The notes beneath the pieces were generated by a model. The model saw nothing but the letters and a program-made list of their open reading frames with translations. It was not told the DNA's origin and searched no databases. Shown in pieces: positions 1 through 10,671 of a stretch of 64,000 nt of DNA. Every line of letters starts with the position of its first letter. Position 1 is the stretch's first letter. The stretch covers positions 206,917 through 270,916 of the forward strand of contig JAQZBP010000002.1 of assembly GCA_029237815.1 (NCBI GenBank), read 5' to 3'. Origin of the DNA: Moraxellaceae bacterium (GTDB lineage Bacteria; Pseudomonadota; Gammaproteobacteria; Pseudomonadales; Moraxellaceae). The position numbers were made by a program, and so were the translations under genes.

Positions 1-389
1 TTGGTCATGGCCTTGAGGCAAGCCTTGCTCATGCGATATATCGAGTTGAGATTGGTATTGATTACCGCATCCCACTCATCCTCCTTCATCCGCAGCATCA
101 GGTTGTCACGCGTAATCCCGGCGTTGTTCACCAGGATAACGGGCGCTCCCACATCTCCGTTAATGGCGGCAAGCGTAGCCTCGATTGAGGCCGGGTCAGC
201 AACGTTGAGTGAATACCCCCGCCCGCGATTACCTGCCTCCTGAAGGAATGCCGATATGCCTTCCGCGCCAGCCTCCGTTGTTGCTGTCCCAACCACCACT
301 GCGCCACGACGCGCAAGTTCAAGAGCGATCGCCTTGCCAATGCCACGGCTTGCTCCGGTGACCAGTGCAATCTTTCCATCAATGGACAT
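1..389 (-). CDS. fabG: 3-oxoacyl-ACP reductase FabG; N-terminal part only, gene runs off the window start
   Basis: The reverse-complement frame beginning at the ATG at 387-389 translates MSIDGKIALVTGASRGIGKAIALELARRGAVVVGT..NAGITRD, the classic SDR/FabG N-terminus. It lies downstream of fabD as in the fab cluster. Confidence 0.85.
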   Translation of the reverse strand, partial: MSIDGKIALVTGASRGIGKAIALELARRGAVVVGTATTEAGAEGISAFLQEAGNRGRGYSLNVADPASIEATLAAINGDVGAPVILVNNAGITRDNLMLRMKEDEWDAVINTNLNSIYRMSKACLKAMT

Positions 390-426
390 ACGAATCCTCC
401 ATAGTCGTTGCAAAAGCAATGACAAG

Positions 427-1356
427 TTAAACAGCCAGCGCCAAACGGAAGCCCTCTGCTCCCTCAAGCGAGGCACACTCAAGCTCTTTGACAATGCGCT
501 TATTCAGACCACAGAGCACCTTGCCTGGCCCGCACTCAAGTGCACGGGAAACACCCAGACCAGCCAGTGCCTCTACAGACTGCGTCCACAAGACGGGGCT
601 GTAAAGCTGGCGAACCAGAGCCTCCCGCATTGCTTCGGTGTCAGCCTCCGCACGCGCCGCCACATTTTGAATCACAGGAATCACCGGCATGCTGAAGGCG
701 ACTGTCACCAATGCAGCCCTCAACTTCTCAGCTGCGGGTTTCATCAGTGCACAGTGCGAAGGGACGCTGACGGATAACGGTAACGCCCTTTTGGCGCCAG
801 CCAGTTTGAGTCGCTCGATGGCAGCATTCACGGCCAACTTTGCGCCGGCGATGACAACCTGACCCGGCGCATTAAAGTTCACCGCCTCGACGATGCCGGC
901 CTCCGAAGCGTCAGCGCAACACTGCCGAACTACTTCATCATCCAGCCCGAGAATCGCAGCCATGGCACCCTCACCAGGAGGAACTGCCTGCTGCATGAGG
1001 CGGCCCCGCTCTGCAACAAGGCGAACCCCGTCCTCCAGAGAGACTGCGCCAGCCGCGACCAATGCCGTGTACTCACCCAGCGAGTGGCCAGCCAAGAAAT
1101 CGGGAGTCCGCCCGCCCGCACGCTGCCAAGCGCGAAACACGGCAACACCGGCAGTTAGCAACAAAGGCTGGGTATTTTCAGTCCTGTTCAGTTCGGGCTC
1201 GGGTCCCTCCTGGGACAAGCCCCACAAGTCGAGCCCAAGTGCGGCGGACGCCTCCTCAAAAGTCGAGCGAATGACTGCGTGTTCAGTAGCGAGGTCGGCC
1301 AGCATACCCACGCTCTGCGAGCCCTGCCCTGGAAATACAAATGCAAGCTTGGACAT
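427..1356 (-). CDS. fabD: malonyl CoA-ACP transacylase
   Basis: 309-aa ORF starting MSKLAFVFPGQGSQSVGM with a GHSLGEY active-site motif. Sits between fabG and plsX. Confidence 0.9.
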   Translation of the reverse strand: MSKLAFVFPGQGSQSVGMLADLATEHAVIRSTFEEASAALGLDLWGLSQEGPEPELNRTENTQPLLLTAGVAVFRAWQRAGGRTPDFLAGHSLGEYTALVAAGAVSLEDGVRLVAERGRLMQQAVPPGEGAMAAILGLDDEVVRQCCADASEAGIVEAVNFNAPGQVVIAGAKLAVNAAIERLKLAGAKRALPLSVSVPSHCALMKPAAEKLRAALVTVAFSMPVIPVIQNVAARAEADTEAMREALVRQLYSPVLWTQSVEALAGLGVSRALECGPGKVLCGLNKRIVKELECASLEGAEGFRLALAV

Positions 1357-1418
1357 GGAGATTCCTGTTTTTCCTGCACCAGGCCCACCGCTATCGGGGA
1401 ACCTCCAGCGCAGCTATT

Positions 1419-2453
1419 TCATTCAGTTTTCGATTCGCGAGTTGCAGGAGCTTCAGCACAACCGAAGCGACGCTCGATCAGCGCCGGCACATTTTTCTCG
1501 ACCTCAAGTACAGCCACACGTAGCGCCTGGGCAAATGCATCGGCATCCGCTCCGCCATGGCTCTTGACGACGATTCCAGTCAGCCCCACGAGGCTGGCGC
1601 CGTTATAACGACCCGGATCCATGCGATGGCGCAGTCCCTGCCAGACCGGGTATGCCAGCGCCCCAGTCAAGCGAGTCAGCCAGTTTCGACCGATTTCTTC
1701 CTTGATCATGCCTGCCAGCATCTTGGCGACGCCTTCCGACGCCTTCAGTGCGACATTCCCCACGAAGCCGTCACAGACCACCACGTCGGCCTGCCCCTTG
1801 AACACGCCGTCGCCCTCCACATAACCGATGTAATTCAGGCCAGACTGTCTCAACAGTTCGTCCGCCCGCTTGATCAGCTCATTACCCTTGATTTCTTCCT
1901 CACCGATATTGAGCAGGCCCACTCGCGGATGCTCGATACCGTCAAGCGCCTCCGCCACGACTGAGCCCATCTGGGCAAACTGGAGCAAGTGCTCCGGCTG
2001 GGAGTCGACGTTAGCGCCGAGATCCAGCATGTGAACATGGCCTTTAGTCGTAGGCAAAGCAGTGAGGATGGCAGGACGATCGATATTCGCATGGGTCTTC
2101 AGCACAAAGCGGCTGATCGCCATGAGGGCGCCGGTATTACCAGCCGAAACACAGGCTTGAACCGCCCCCTCTTGCACAAGGTTGATGGCGAGGCGCATCG
2201 ACGACTGCCTCTTTTGACGCAACGCGACAGCCACCTTGTCATCCATCGCAACGACTTCAGAGGTGTGGAGCACGGTTGTGCGCAAGCGCTCAGAAGGCGC
2301 GAGTCTAGACAGGAAGGGAGCTATTATTGATTCGTCGCCGACGAGCGTCAGGCGGAGGGAGGGATTTTCACGCAGCACCGCTAGTGTAGCGGGAACCGTG
2401 ACGCGGGGACCGAAGTCCCCGCCCATGGCATCGACGGCAATCGCGATGCTCAT
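1419..2453 (-). CDS. plsX: phosphate acyltransferase PlsX
   Basis: 344-aa ORF starting MSIAIAVDAMGGDFGP, the typical PlsX N-terminus. Directly downstream of rpmF. Confidence 0.9.
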   Translation of the reverse strand: MSIAIAVDAMGGDFGPRVTVPATLAVLRENPSLRLTLVGDESIIAPFLSRLAPSERLRTTVLHTSEVVAMDDKVAVALRQKRQSSMRLAINLVQEGAVQACVSAGNTGALMAISRFVLKTHANIDRPAILTALPTTKGHVHMLDLGANVDSQPEHLLQFAQMGSVVAEALDGIEHPRVGLLNIGEEEIKGNELIKRADELLRQSGLNYIGYVEGDGVFKGQADVVVCDGFVGNVALKASEGVAKMLAGMIKEEIGRNWLTRLTGALAYPVWQGLRHRMDPGRYNGASLVGLTGIVVKSHGGADADAFAQALRVAVLEVEKNVPALIERRFGCAEAPATRESKTE

Positions 2454-2464
2454 TGGATGACGGC

Positions 2465-2647
2465 TTATTCTTCGTCTTTGCTCGCGAACAGCTGGCGGCC
2501 ACGATACAGGCCATCCTTGGTCACGTGGTGACGAAGATGCACTTCACCGGACTCCTGATCCACCGACAGGGTGGGACCGGTCAGCGCATCGTGCGCGCGG
2601 CGCATGTCGCGGCGGGAACGGCTCTTGCGGTTTTGTTGAACGGCCAT
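2465..2647 (-). CDS. rpmF: 50S ribosomal protein L32
   Basis: 60-aa [25 protein letters not shown], the L32 signature. Conserved yceD-rpmF-plsX order. Confidence 0.9.
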   Translation of the reverse strand: MAVQQNRKSRSRRDMRRAHDALTGPTLSVDQESGEVHLRHHVTKDGLYRGRQLFASKDEE

Positions 2648-2675
2648 GGTTTACTCCGGCACAAATATTGTTGGT

Positions 2676-3204
2676 TTACTCTTTCTCGGTGCGGCCCTTG
2701 AGCGAGGCCAGCACCTCAAACGGATTTTCGCGCTTGGGCGCTTCCACTTCAGCATCCTCGGACTCTGCCACCGGATACACCACACAATTCTCATGCATGG
2801 GAGCCAGCGGTAGCGCCAGAATCAGCTCATCCTCGAGAGCGTCGGCCAAGTCAATTCGGCCGTCTTCATCGAGAACCAGAAAATCAGCGTCGTCCGGCAG
2901 TCGATCCGCTCGCGCTTCATCGCGTAGGAGCCAGAGCTGAACGTCCGCCTTGATGTCAGTAGCGGCAGGCTCAAGGCATCGCTGGCAGATCAGGTTTATG
3001 GTGGTGGCCATATGCCCGTCCACTACAAACAATCCTTGCGCGTCACGATGCAACTGAACCTTTACCGCTACTTCGCCTCTATCATCGGCCGCCCCTTCCG
3101 TAAGACGAGCGAAGGCGGAAAGCGGAAAGACCTGTTCGATCGTCGCTTCACGGTCCGCCCATTTCTGGACATCGATGTACTGAGGCAGGGTGCCGGCTGA
3201 CATA
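2676..3204 (-). CDS. yceD: YceD/DUF177 protein, large ribosomal subunit accumulation
   Basis: ORF in frame with the listed 2676..3347 ORF. Start chosen at the internal ATG (3202-3204, MSAGTLPQYIDVQKW..) to give the typical ~175 aa. Contains the CQRC..C motif and an acidic C-terminus, upstream of rpmF. Confidence 0.75.
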
Positions 3205-3291
3205 GGCGCGCGATAATACGAGCAGACAGAAGGCGTGTCAAAAGGAAAACCCTTGTTTTTAATACACTCTTGAAAGGAGGCACTCACGCCC

Positions 3292-3882
3292 ATGCCCACC
3301 CACGCGCCGAACCTTCTTCTGGCCTCATCCTCCCCCGCCAGACGCATGCTGCTGGAAAGGCTAGGCCTGCCCTTCCGGTGTCAAAGTCCTGATGTCGATG
3401 AAACGCCATTGCCCGAGGAGTCCGCCGTGGACCTGGTCAGGCGACTGAGCGAAGCCAAGGCTCGCGCCCTGCAAGCAGCCTTTCCCGACTGCCTGATCAT
3501 TGGTTCGGACCAGGCCTTGCAACTGGACGGGGGCATTCTGGGAAAGCCCGGCAGGCACGATGCTGCAATGACTCAGCTGAAGCGCCTATCAGGGCGCACC
3601 GCCACCTTCCACACCGGACTTTGCCTTCTCAACGTCCAGGCCAACAGACTTCACCTGCTAACCGAGCCCTTCACGGTCCACTTCCGCGACCTCGATAAAG
3701 CCACCATAGAGCGCTACCTGGCGGCAGAAGAACCCTACGGCTGCGCCGGCAGCTTTAAAGCAGAGGGACTGGGAATTAGCCTTTTCAGGAGGTTTGAGGG
3801 AAGGGACCCAAGCAGTCTGATAGGGCTGCCGCTCATGGCCCTTGTTGACATGCTCCACGCAGAGGGAATCTCCGTTCCCTGA
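3292..3882 (+). CDS. maf: Maf-like nucleoside triphosphate pyrophosphatase (YceF type)
   Basis: 196-aa ORF with LLLASSSPARRMLLERLGLPF and GSDQAL..DG motifs of the Maf family. Divergent from yceD as in enterics and pseudomonads. Confidence 0.85.
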   Translation: MPTHAPNLLLASSSPARRMLLERLGLPFRCQSPDVDETPLPEESAVDLVRRLSEAKARALQAAFPDCLIIGSDQALQLDGGILGKPGRHDAAMTQLKRLSGRTATFHTGLCLLNVQANRLHLLTEPFTVHFRDLDKATIERYLAAEEPYGCAGSFKAEGLGISLFRRFEGRDPSSLIGLPLMALVDMLHAEGISVP

Positions 3883-3995
3883 AAAGGCACAAGCCTTGCA
3901 GGAGAGGGGAAGCACGTGCATCCGGAAACGTCAGGCGAACACTGACTAATCCAGGGCTTTAGCGTTTGCATCAATCCCAAAGGAGTTTAAACGCC

Positions 3996-4247
3996 ATGAG
4001 CAGCAGCCCATCTCCACATTCCGCCAATAAAGCGGCCATCCTTCTCCTGAGGATTGCCTTTGTCCTCAACGGCACCCTCAGCTGCATGTTCGTTATAGTG
4101 CAACTGGGTGCATCACTGCCCCACGGAAGATCGCTGCTGCTGGCCGCAGCACTGCTTGGAGGCGCCGCAATACTGTTCGGGCTCTCCAAGCTCTTCCGCG
4201 AAGTCTCTACGCCACTGCAGCATCCCAAGCGCCCGCTGAGGGGCTAA
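3996..4247 (+). CDS. hypothetical small membrane protein
   Basis: ORF with two hydrophobic segments (ILLLRIAFVLNG.., LLLAAALLGGAAILFGL) in an otherwise empty 400-bp gap between maf and sppA. No recognisable family. Confidence 0.3.
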   Translation: MSSSPSPHSANKAAILLLRIAFVLNGTLSCMFVIVQLGASLPHGRSLLLAAALLGGAAILFGLSKLFREVSTPLQHPKRPLRG

Positions 4248-4298
4248 TCGGATGGCGGCAGGCAGCCCTGTCGGGGCCGCCCGCCACCCGGGAGGCGA

Positions 4299-5303
4299 CT
4301 ACCTCAACTGCACTCCGCCGGCGGGAGACATGCTGGAGGCAATCGCCTGCCCCATGCTGGCACCAAGCTTCCTGACCATGGCGCTCAGCGGATCAGGATG
4401 TTCGCTGTAATCCACCACATGCTCAGTGCTGATGACGGTTCTGGCCACCGAGTCCACCGACCCAAACCCGTCCGCCAAACCCAGCTCGACCGCCTGCTGC
4501 CCTGTCCAGAACAGCCCGCTGAAAATCAGGGGGTCGTCCTTCAGACGCTGGCCTCGCCCCTGCTTTACGGCGGTGATGAACTGCTGGTGCACTGCATCGA
4601 GCAGCTTTTTGACATGCACCAAGTCCTCGGCCTTCATCGGTTCGAATGGACTCAGGATCGCCTTGTGTTCACCCGCAGTGAGAGTTCGGTCCTCAATGCC
4701 CAGCTTCTGCATCAGCCCCTGTACACCGAAGCCCTGCATGATGACCCCGATGGAGCCAACCAGACTGCCCGGATTGACATATATCTGGTCCGCTGCGGAC
4801 GCGATGTAATAGGCGCCGCTGGCGCCCATGTCGGTGACAACGGCATATACACGCTTCTCCTTGTGCAGGCTGCGCAGACGTCGAATTTCGTCATAGACAT
4901 AGGCCGACTGTACGGGGCTGCCGCCAGGGCTATTGATCCGCAGGATGATCGCCTTGCTTTTGGGTGCCTCGAACGCCGCCTGCAGACCACCGATGATCGC
5001 ATCCGCATTGGCATCGGATTCGTCAGAGATTTCGCCAGTGACCGCCACCATTGCCACGTGCTCCCCGGCGATAGCCGCCTTGTCGACCCCTCCACGACCC
5101 GTGATCATCCAGACGAAGCCGAGGATATAAAGGAACGTAAGAAGCTTGAAGAACACACCCCAGCGCCGGGCGCGGCGCTGCTCCTCAACCGAAGCCATGA
5201 GAACTCGATCGAGGAGCTCCCACTCCCGCCCCCTTGCGGAGCCGCCACCCTGGCCAGGGGGCTGCTGTGGAGGAACGTCATTTCCCCAGGGATCATCCGC
5301 CAT
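4299..5303 (-). CDS. sppA: signal peptide peptidase SppA, 36K type (S49 family)
   Basis: 334-aa ORF with an N-terminal TM segment and S49 motifs (RINSPGGS, GASGAYYIASAAD). Confidence 0.85.
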   Translation of the reverse strand: MADDPWGNDVPPQQPPGQGGGSARGREWELLDRVLMASVEEQRRARRWGVFFKLLTFLYILGFVWMITGRGGVDKAAIAGEHVAMVAVTGEISDESDANADAIIGGLQAAFEAPKSKAIILRINSPGGSPVQSAYVYDEIRRLRSLHKEKRVYAVVTDMGASGAYYIASAADQIYVNPGSLVGSIGVIMQGFGVQGLMQKLGIEDRTLTAGEHKAILSPFEPMKAEDLVHVKKLLDAVHQQFITAVKQGRGQRLKDDPLIFSGLFWTGQQAVELGLADGFGSVDSVARTVISTEHVVDYSEHPDPLSAMVRKLGASMGQAIASSMSPAGGVQLR

Positions 5304-5396
5304 AAACCGCTCCTTACGTGACCGCTTATTTGAACGGCCCTCTCATTACTGACATCGCCCGGTAATGGGCCACAAATCAAAAGCCGATCGCAGAGA

Positions 5397-6044
5397 CTAA
5401 AGCGACGCGAGACATAAGGACAATGCTGCCAAGTCGGGCACTATCGTTAGCGGCTGATGCAGTTCCAGCACGTCTCGCTCATGCGCACCGTGCTCAATGC
5501 CGATACTGCGCATATTTGCCCGGCGTGCCATCTCAAGGTCGTAACTGGTATCACCAATCATTAGGGAGTCCTCCGGCCTCACCTCCAGACAAGCAAGCAG
5601 CTCATGGAGCATCATTGGATCCGGCTTGGAGGCTGTCTCGTCGGCACACCTTGTTGCATGAAAGAGGTCCGCGAGACCTGTCTGGCCTAGCACCCGGTCA
5701 AGCCCCAGGCGACTCTTGCCAGTAGCGACAGCCAGTAACCAACCACCCCGTTGGAGCTCGTGAAGCAATTCCCTGGCCCCGGGAAAGAGATCGGATGCCC
5801 CGCCCGCCCCGGACAGAAAGTACTGGGCATAGGCTCGACGTATCTGCTCGCGAATATGGCCGGGCTCCAGGGGGAACAACTGGAAGATCGCCTCTGGCAA
5901 TCCAAGCCCAATGATGTGCCTCACATCAGCGTGGTGCGGTATGACCAATCCAAGCTCGGCCGCGGCAGCCTGCATGCAAAGGACAATCTGCCGCTCCGAA
6001 TCCATCAGCGTACCGTCCCAGTCGAAGATGCAGAGCTTAGGCAT
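5397..6044 (-). CDS. HAD-IA family hydrolase (phosphoglycolate phosphatase-like)
   Basis: Start at the ATG at 6042-6044, giving MPKLCIFDWDGTLMDS (DxDGT motif I). IGDTSYDLEMA is HAD motif III. Confidence 0.8.
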   Translation of the reverse strand: MPKLCIFDWDGTLMDSERQIVLCMQAAAAELGLVIPHHADVRHIIGLGLPEAIFQLFPLEPGHIREQIRRAYAQYFLSGAGGASDLFPGARELLHELQRGGWLLAVATGKSRLGLDRVLGQTGLADLFHATRCADETASKPDPMMLHELLACLEVRPEDSLMIGDTSYDLEMARRANMRSIGIEHGAHERDVLELHQPLTIVPDLAALSLCLASL

Positions 6045-7017
6045 GGGCGCGACGGAGATTATCAAGGACTGCCTGAAGATCGGGCTCAAGGGGGCAGTGA
6101 ACCTCGATCGGAGAGGTCGCACCACTCATCCGGATCTTGAGGTCGCGGGCATGCAGGAAAAGTCGCGCCAGGCCGAATGAGCGCATCTCCTTGTTCAGCC
6201 GGTCATTTCCATACTTTTCATCACCCAGGAGGGGATGCCCGAGATACTGCGCATGAACACGAATCTGATGGGTACGACCAGTTTTTGGGCGCGCCTCGAC
6301 AAGAGTGGTGTCACCAATTCGATCCAGAACCCTGAACTCGGTCAGAGCCTCCTTTCCCTCCCCAGCAACCCTGACAATTCGCTCCCCGGTGCCAAGCGTG
6401 TATTTCATCAGGGGCGCGGACACCTTGTGCACCCCTCCCTTGAGGCGCCCCGCCAGGAGAGCGACGTATACCTTCTCCATTTGTCCTTCTCGGAGATGGC
6501 TATGCAATTCACGAAGCACACTCCGCTTCTCCGCCACCATGAGCAATCCGGACGTATCCCTGTCGAGCCGATGGACCAGCTCCAGAAAAGGCGCTTCCGG
6601 CCTGAGCACACGCAAAGCTTCGATTACCCCCCAAGCGACACCACTGCCACCATGAACAGCAAGACCGGCTGGTTTGTTGAGGATCAGCAGGCCGTCCTTT
6701 TCATAGACGACCCGGGAAGCCAGATCTCGCGCCACCCCGGGACCAGGCTGCACCGCTGGCCCCGGCTCCGCCAGACGCAATGGCGGCACACGAACAACGT
6801 CCCCCACCTGAAGCCGATAATCAGGCCGGCTCCGCCCCTTGTTCACACGCACCTCTCCCGTCCGCACGATCCGGTATATCAGCGTCCGGGGGGCGCCTTT
6901 GAGCTGCGTAAGCAGGAAATTGTCGAGCCGTTGGCCAGACACGTCGTCAGGAACGACGATCTGCCGGACAGAGGCCGTAGCCCCTTCATCGGGAGTCATG
7001 GGAAAACCATTTAGCAA
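6037..7017 (-). CDS. rluC: 23S rRNA pseudouridine(955/2504/2580) synthase RluC
   Basis: 326-aa ORF with an S4 domain (QRLDNFLLTQLKG) and the RluA-family catalytic motif HRLDRDTSGLLMV. Divergent from rne as in E. coli and Pseudomonas. The true start may be the MTPDEG methionine at about 6999. Confidence 0.9.
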   Translation of the reverse strand: MLNGFPMTPDEGATASVRQIVVPDDVSGQRLDNFLLTQLKGAPRTLIYRIVRTGEVRVNKGRSRPDYRLQVGDVVRVPPLRLAEPGPAVQPGPGVARDLASRVVYEKDGLLILNKPAGLAVHGGSGVAWGVIEALRVLRPEAPFLELVHRLDRDTSGLLMVAEKRSVLRELHSHLREGQMEKVYVALLAGRLKGGVHKVSAPLMKYTLGTGERIVRVAGEGKEALTEFRVLDRIGDTTLVEARPKTGRTHQIRVHAQYLGHPLLGDEKYGNDRLNKEMRSFGLARLFLHARDLKIRMSGATSPIEVHCPLEPDLQAVLDNLRRAHA

Positions 7018-7650
7018 TCAATAAGCTGGCGGCGATATATGTGGCCGAACTGCAATCCTGCTGCTATATTAACCTGTCGCTTGCAGAACCGGCCGCCCGG
7101 CCTACCCACTGAGGGAACCGCCAGAAGGGCCGCCGATTGTACAGAAGGTGCGTACAGGTGTCGCGAGCGGCTGCCCTGTCACAAGACACAAGAAAACCCG
7201 TTGCCGTTCTCCTACAGACCGGGACCGGGCGCAGCCGCTACCCGCCTCATCATCTTCGTTAACTGCCAGCGCCACACCCTGCCGGACCAGCAACTCGACG
7301 GACTTCATGCCTCAAAGGCAGGTTGATCCGCATCACATGCATCTCCAGCAGGGTTTAAGAAGCAGACTGAGAGCCACCGTCGTAGCGCTCATGCAATCAA
7401 AGGCGCGCGACGCGAAACACGGCAAAAAGCCTGCAATCCGGGGCGGCTAGTCCGCCTGTTGCCACCATTTGCACAAAGGCAAGTGGAACGCCGTCGGATA
7501 GCGGAACGAATTCAAGGAAATGCCCAGGCATTTCCGCGCCGGAGGGCAGCGCTGATTGCGCGACAGGCCATAAGCCGTCCCCCTCTGGCGATGTGATGAG
7601 CGTATTTATTGTTACTGCGTGTCCAGTTGCATCTAGCCTGCACGCAGTAT

Positions 7651-7679
7651 CACAGCACTCCTCATGAGGAGTGCTGTGG
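7651..7679 (+). promoter_or_regulatory. near-perfect 14-bp-stem hairpin in the rne 5' leader; candidate RNase E autoregulatory stem-loop
   Basis: The sequence cacagcactcctcatgaggagtgctgtg is palindromic and lies about 65 nt upstream of the rne start. Confidence 0.4.
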
Positions 7680-7743
7680 ACGTCACGACAGTCCGCTACC
7701 GGCGGTGTTCTGTGCCAAAGTGCCGGAGCCCGTTGGGTAGAAC

Positions 7744-10608
7744 ATGAAACGCATGCTGATCAATGCCACGCACGCCGAAGAAAAGCGCGTCGCGATGGTT
7801 GATGGACAAAGACTTTACGATTTCGATCTCGAGCACACTGCTCGCGAGCAGAAAAAAGCCAATATCTACAAGGGCAAGGTGACGCGCGTCGAGCCCAGCC
7901 TCGAAGCCGCCTTCATCGATTACGGTGCCGAACGCCACGGCTTCCTGCCCTTGAAAGAAATCGCCCGCGAATACTTCAGCAAGTCGCCCAAAGAAGCCGG
8001 CGGCCGCATCACCATTCGTGACGCCATCCGCGAAGGCCAGGAAATCATTGTCCAGGTCGAGAAAGAAGAGCGTGGCAACAAGGGTGCCGCCCTCTCCACC
8101 TTCATCTCGCTGGCGGGCCGTTACCTTGTCCTGATGCCCAACAATCCCCGTGCCGGCGGCATTTCCCGCCGTATCGAGGGAGAGGAACGGCAGGAACTCA
8201 AGGACGCTCTCAACGCCATCAACATTCCGCAGGACATGGGCGCCATTGTCCGCACCGCCGGCCTTGGCCGCAGTGCCGAGGAGCTGCAGTGGGACCTCGA
8301 TTACCTGCTGACGCTGTGGACCTCCATCAAGGCCGCCAGCGAGCGCCCTGCCCCTTTCCTGATCTATCAGGAATCCAACGTCATCATTCGCGCCGTGCGC
8401 GACTATCTGCGCCAGGACATCAATGAAGTCCTGATCGATGCCGAACCCGCCTATAACGAGGCCATGAGCTTTGTGCAGCAGGTGATGCCGCACTATCAGC
8501 AGAAGCTCAAGCTGTACAAGGACTCCGTCCCCCTCTTCAACCGCTACCAGGTTGAAGGCCAGATCGAGACCGCCTACCAGCGCGAAGTGAAGCTGCCCTC
8601 CGGCGGCTCCATCGTGATCGACCCGACCGAAGCGCTGGTCTCCATCGATATCAACTCCTCGCGCGCCACCAAGGGTGGCGACATCGAGGAGACCGCGCTC
8701 AACACCAACCTGGAAGCAGCAGACGAAATCGCCCGCCAGCTGCGCCTGCGTGATATCGGCGGCCTCATCGTCATCGACTTCATCGACATGACGCCGGTCA
8801 AGCACCAGCGTGCCGTTGAGGATCGCCTGCGTGACGCCCTGGCCATGGACCGCGCCCGCATCCAGATGGGCCGCATCTCCAAGTTCGGCCTGCTGGAGCT
8901 CTCCCGCCAGCGCCTGCGTCCGTCACTGGAAGAAACCACCGGCCTCGTCTGCCCGCGTTGCAACGGCACCGGCGTGATCCGTGACGTGCGTTCGCTGGCG
9001 CTGTCCATCATGCGCGTGATCGAGGAGGAGGTGCTCAAGGAGCGCTCCGCCCAGATCAATGCGCAGGTGCCTATCTCCGTGGCCACCTTCCTGCTCAATG
9101 AAAAGCGCGGAGCGCTCACGCAGCTCGAGACCCGCAGTGGCGTGCGCATCGTCATCCTGCCCAACGAGCACCTCGAGACGCCGCATTACGAAGTCTCGCG
9201 CCTGCGCGATGACCAGATCGAAGAAGGCGACGAGGACACCGCCAGCTTCAAGCTGGTGGAGCGCATCCAGCCGCCGGCCAATGAAGAAGTGCTGAACTCC
9301 GTCGAGGACGCGCCGCGCCGGCAGGAAGCGGCTGTCAAGATGATCCAGCCGGGCCAGGCGCCCGCGCCGCGCCAAGCTCCGGCGGCCCCGGCCCCGGCCC
9401 CGGCGCCGGCAGCAGTCGCTCCGGCTCCTGCCGTGGCAGATGCCAGCAAGCAGGGCTTCTTCGCATGGCTGACCAACCTGTTCGGCAGCGGCGAGAAGGA
9501 AGCCCCGGTCGTCGCCGAGGCTCCCAAGAAGCAGGAAGGCCGCCAGCGCCAGCGTAGCGAGGGTCGTCGTGACGGCAACCGCCAGAATGGTCGCGGTCGC
9601 GGTGAGCGTGACCGCAACGAACGCAGCGACCGTAGCGATCGCATCGAGACCGTCGGGCAGCGCGAGCAGCGCGAGTCCCGCCAGGAGCGGGGCGAGCGTC
9701 AGGGTGGCGAGACCAATCGTCGTACCGTGATCGAGGGTCGTCGCGTCGAGATCGAAGGACGCGCAGAGGGTGAGCAGCGAGAAACGCGCGAGCCCCGGCA
9801 GCCGCGTGAGCCTCGCGAAAACCGCGAGCCGCGTGAACCTCGTGAGCCCCGCGAACAGCGTGAACCTCGCGAGCCCCGCGGCGAACGCGGCCCGCGTCCG
9901 GAACGTGAACCGCGCCCGCGTCGCGAAGAGGCCGATGCCACGGCTCCCGTTGCTGCAACGGAAGTAGTCGCGGTTGAAGGCGAGCAGCGCGTCGAAGGGG
10001 ACCGCCCCCGTCGTCGCGGTCGCCACCCCAATCGCCGCCAGCGCGGTCCGCGCGAGCGCGACCAGCAGGTGCTGATTGAGGAAGGCCTGATCCCGGCGGA
10101 AGGCGGAGCACAAGCCGCAGCAACTCCCGTCGAAGCAACAGTGGCAGCCGAGATCCTGGCTGAGACGCTTCCTCAGGAAAACGCTGCAGCTGAAGCCGCC
10201 TCGACTGATCTGCCGCGTCCAGCAAGCATTGAGGTCGCTGAAGTTGCGCCGCTGCTGCCCGCGGCAGAAGCAGAAGATCAGCCCGCTACAACTGCTCCTG
10301 GAGCGGTGGTGAGCATGACGATCAGCGCCGATACCACCACTTCGGCCATCGAAGCACCGGTCTACACACCACGCGCACCGGGCCGGGCCGCAAACGACCC
10401 GCGCGAGCGTCGTCGTCGCGAGCAGGCTAACATGCAGACGTCACAGTCGGCGGCCGCACCTGCACCGGAAGTGGCGGTGACGCCAGCCACCGCGGAAACG
10501 TCTGCTCATGCAGAGGCAGATGTTGTGCAGGCTACTTCGGTAACTTCTACCGACACGACGCCGACCTCCATCGTTGAGGGAACTTCGTCGGAGCCAGCGG
10601 AGCGCTAG
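7744..10608 (+). CDS. rne: ribonuclease E
   Basis: 954-aa ORF starting [30 protein letters not shown] (S1 and catalytic domains), with a long Arg/Glu/Pro-rich non-catalytic C-terminal half. Confidence 0.95.
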   Translation: MKRMLINATHAEEKRVAMVDGQRLYDFDLEHTAREQKKANIYKGKVTRVEPSLEAAFIDYGAERHGFLPLKEIAREYFSKSPKEAGGRITIRDAIREGQEIIVQVEKEERGNKGAALSTFISLAGRYLVLMPNNPRAGGISRRIEGEERQELKDALNAINIPQDMGAIVRTAGLGRSAEELQWDLDYLLTLWTSIKAASERPAPFLIYQESNVIIRAVRDYLRQDINEVLIDAEPAYNEAMSFVQQVMPHYQQKLKLYKDSVPLFNRYQVEGQIETAYQREVKLPSGGSIVIDPTEALVSIDINSSRATKGGDIEETALNTNLEAADEIARQLRLRDIGGLIVIDFIDMTPVKHQRAVEDRLRDALAMDRARIQMGRISKFGLLELSRQRLRPSLEETTGLVCPRCNGTGVIRDVRSLALSIMRVIEEEVLKERSAQINAQVPISVATFLLNEKRGALTQLETRSGVRIVILPNEHLETPHYEVSRLRDDQIEEGDEDTASFKLVERIQPPANEEVLNSVEDAPRRQEAAVKMIQPGQAPAPRQAPAAPAPAPAPAAVAPAPAVADASKQGFFAWLTNLFGSGEKEAPVVAEAPKKQEGRQRQRSEGRRDGNRQNGRGRGERDRNERSDRSDRIETVGQREQRESRQERGERQGGETNRRTVIEGRRVEIEGRAEGEQRETREPRQPREPRENREPREPREPREQREPREPRGERGPRPEREPRPRREEADATAPVAATEVVAVEGEQRVEGDRPRRRGRHPNRRQRGPRERDQQVLIEEGLIPAEGGAQAAATPVEATVAAEILAETLPQENAAAEAASTDLPRPASIEVAEVAPLLPAAEAEDQPATTAPGAVVSMTISADTTTSAIEAPVYTPRAPGRAANDPRERRRREQANMQTSQSAAAPAPEVAVTPATAETSAHAEADVVQATSVTSTDTTPTSIVEGTSSEPAER

Positions 10609-10620
10609 ACGCTCTCGAAT

Positions 10621-10656
10621 AAAAAAGGGGCGGTTGATACCGCCCCTTTTTTTATT
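10621..10656. terminator. bidirectional rho-independent terminator between rne and the convergent hydrolase gene
   Basis: aaaaaaGGGGCGGttgataCCGCCCCttttttt. A GC stem is flanked by an A-run and a T-run. Confidence 0.7.
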
Positions 10657-10671
10657 TCCGCTTTCTGCTGC

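Noticed and set aside
128-382. 84-aa minus-strand ORF at the window start.
   Set aside because: It is in a different frame from the fabG reading frame. The fabG N-terminal motif MSIDGKIALVTGASRGIG is unambiguous in the adjacent frame.
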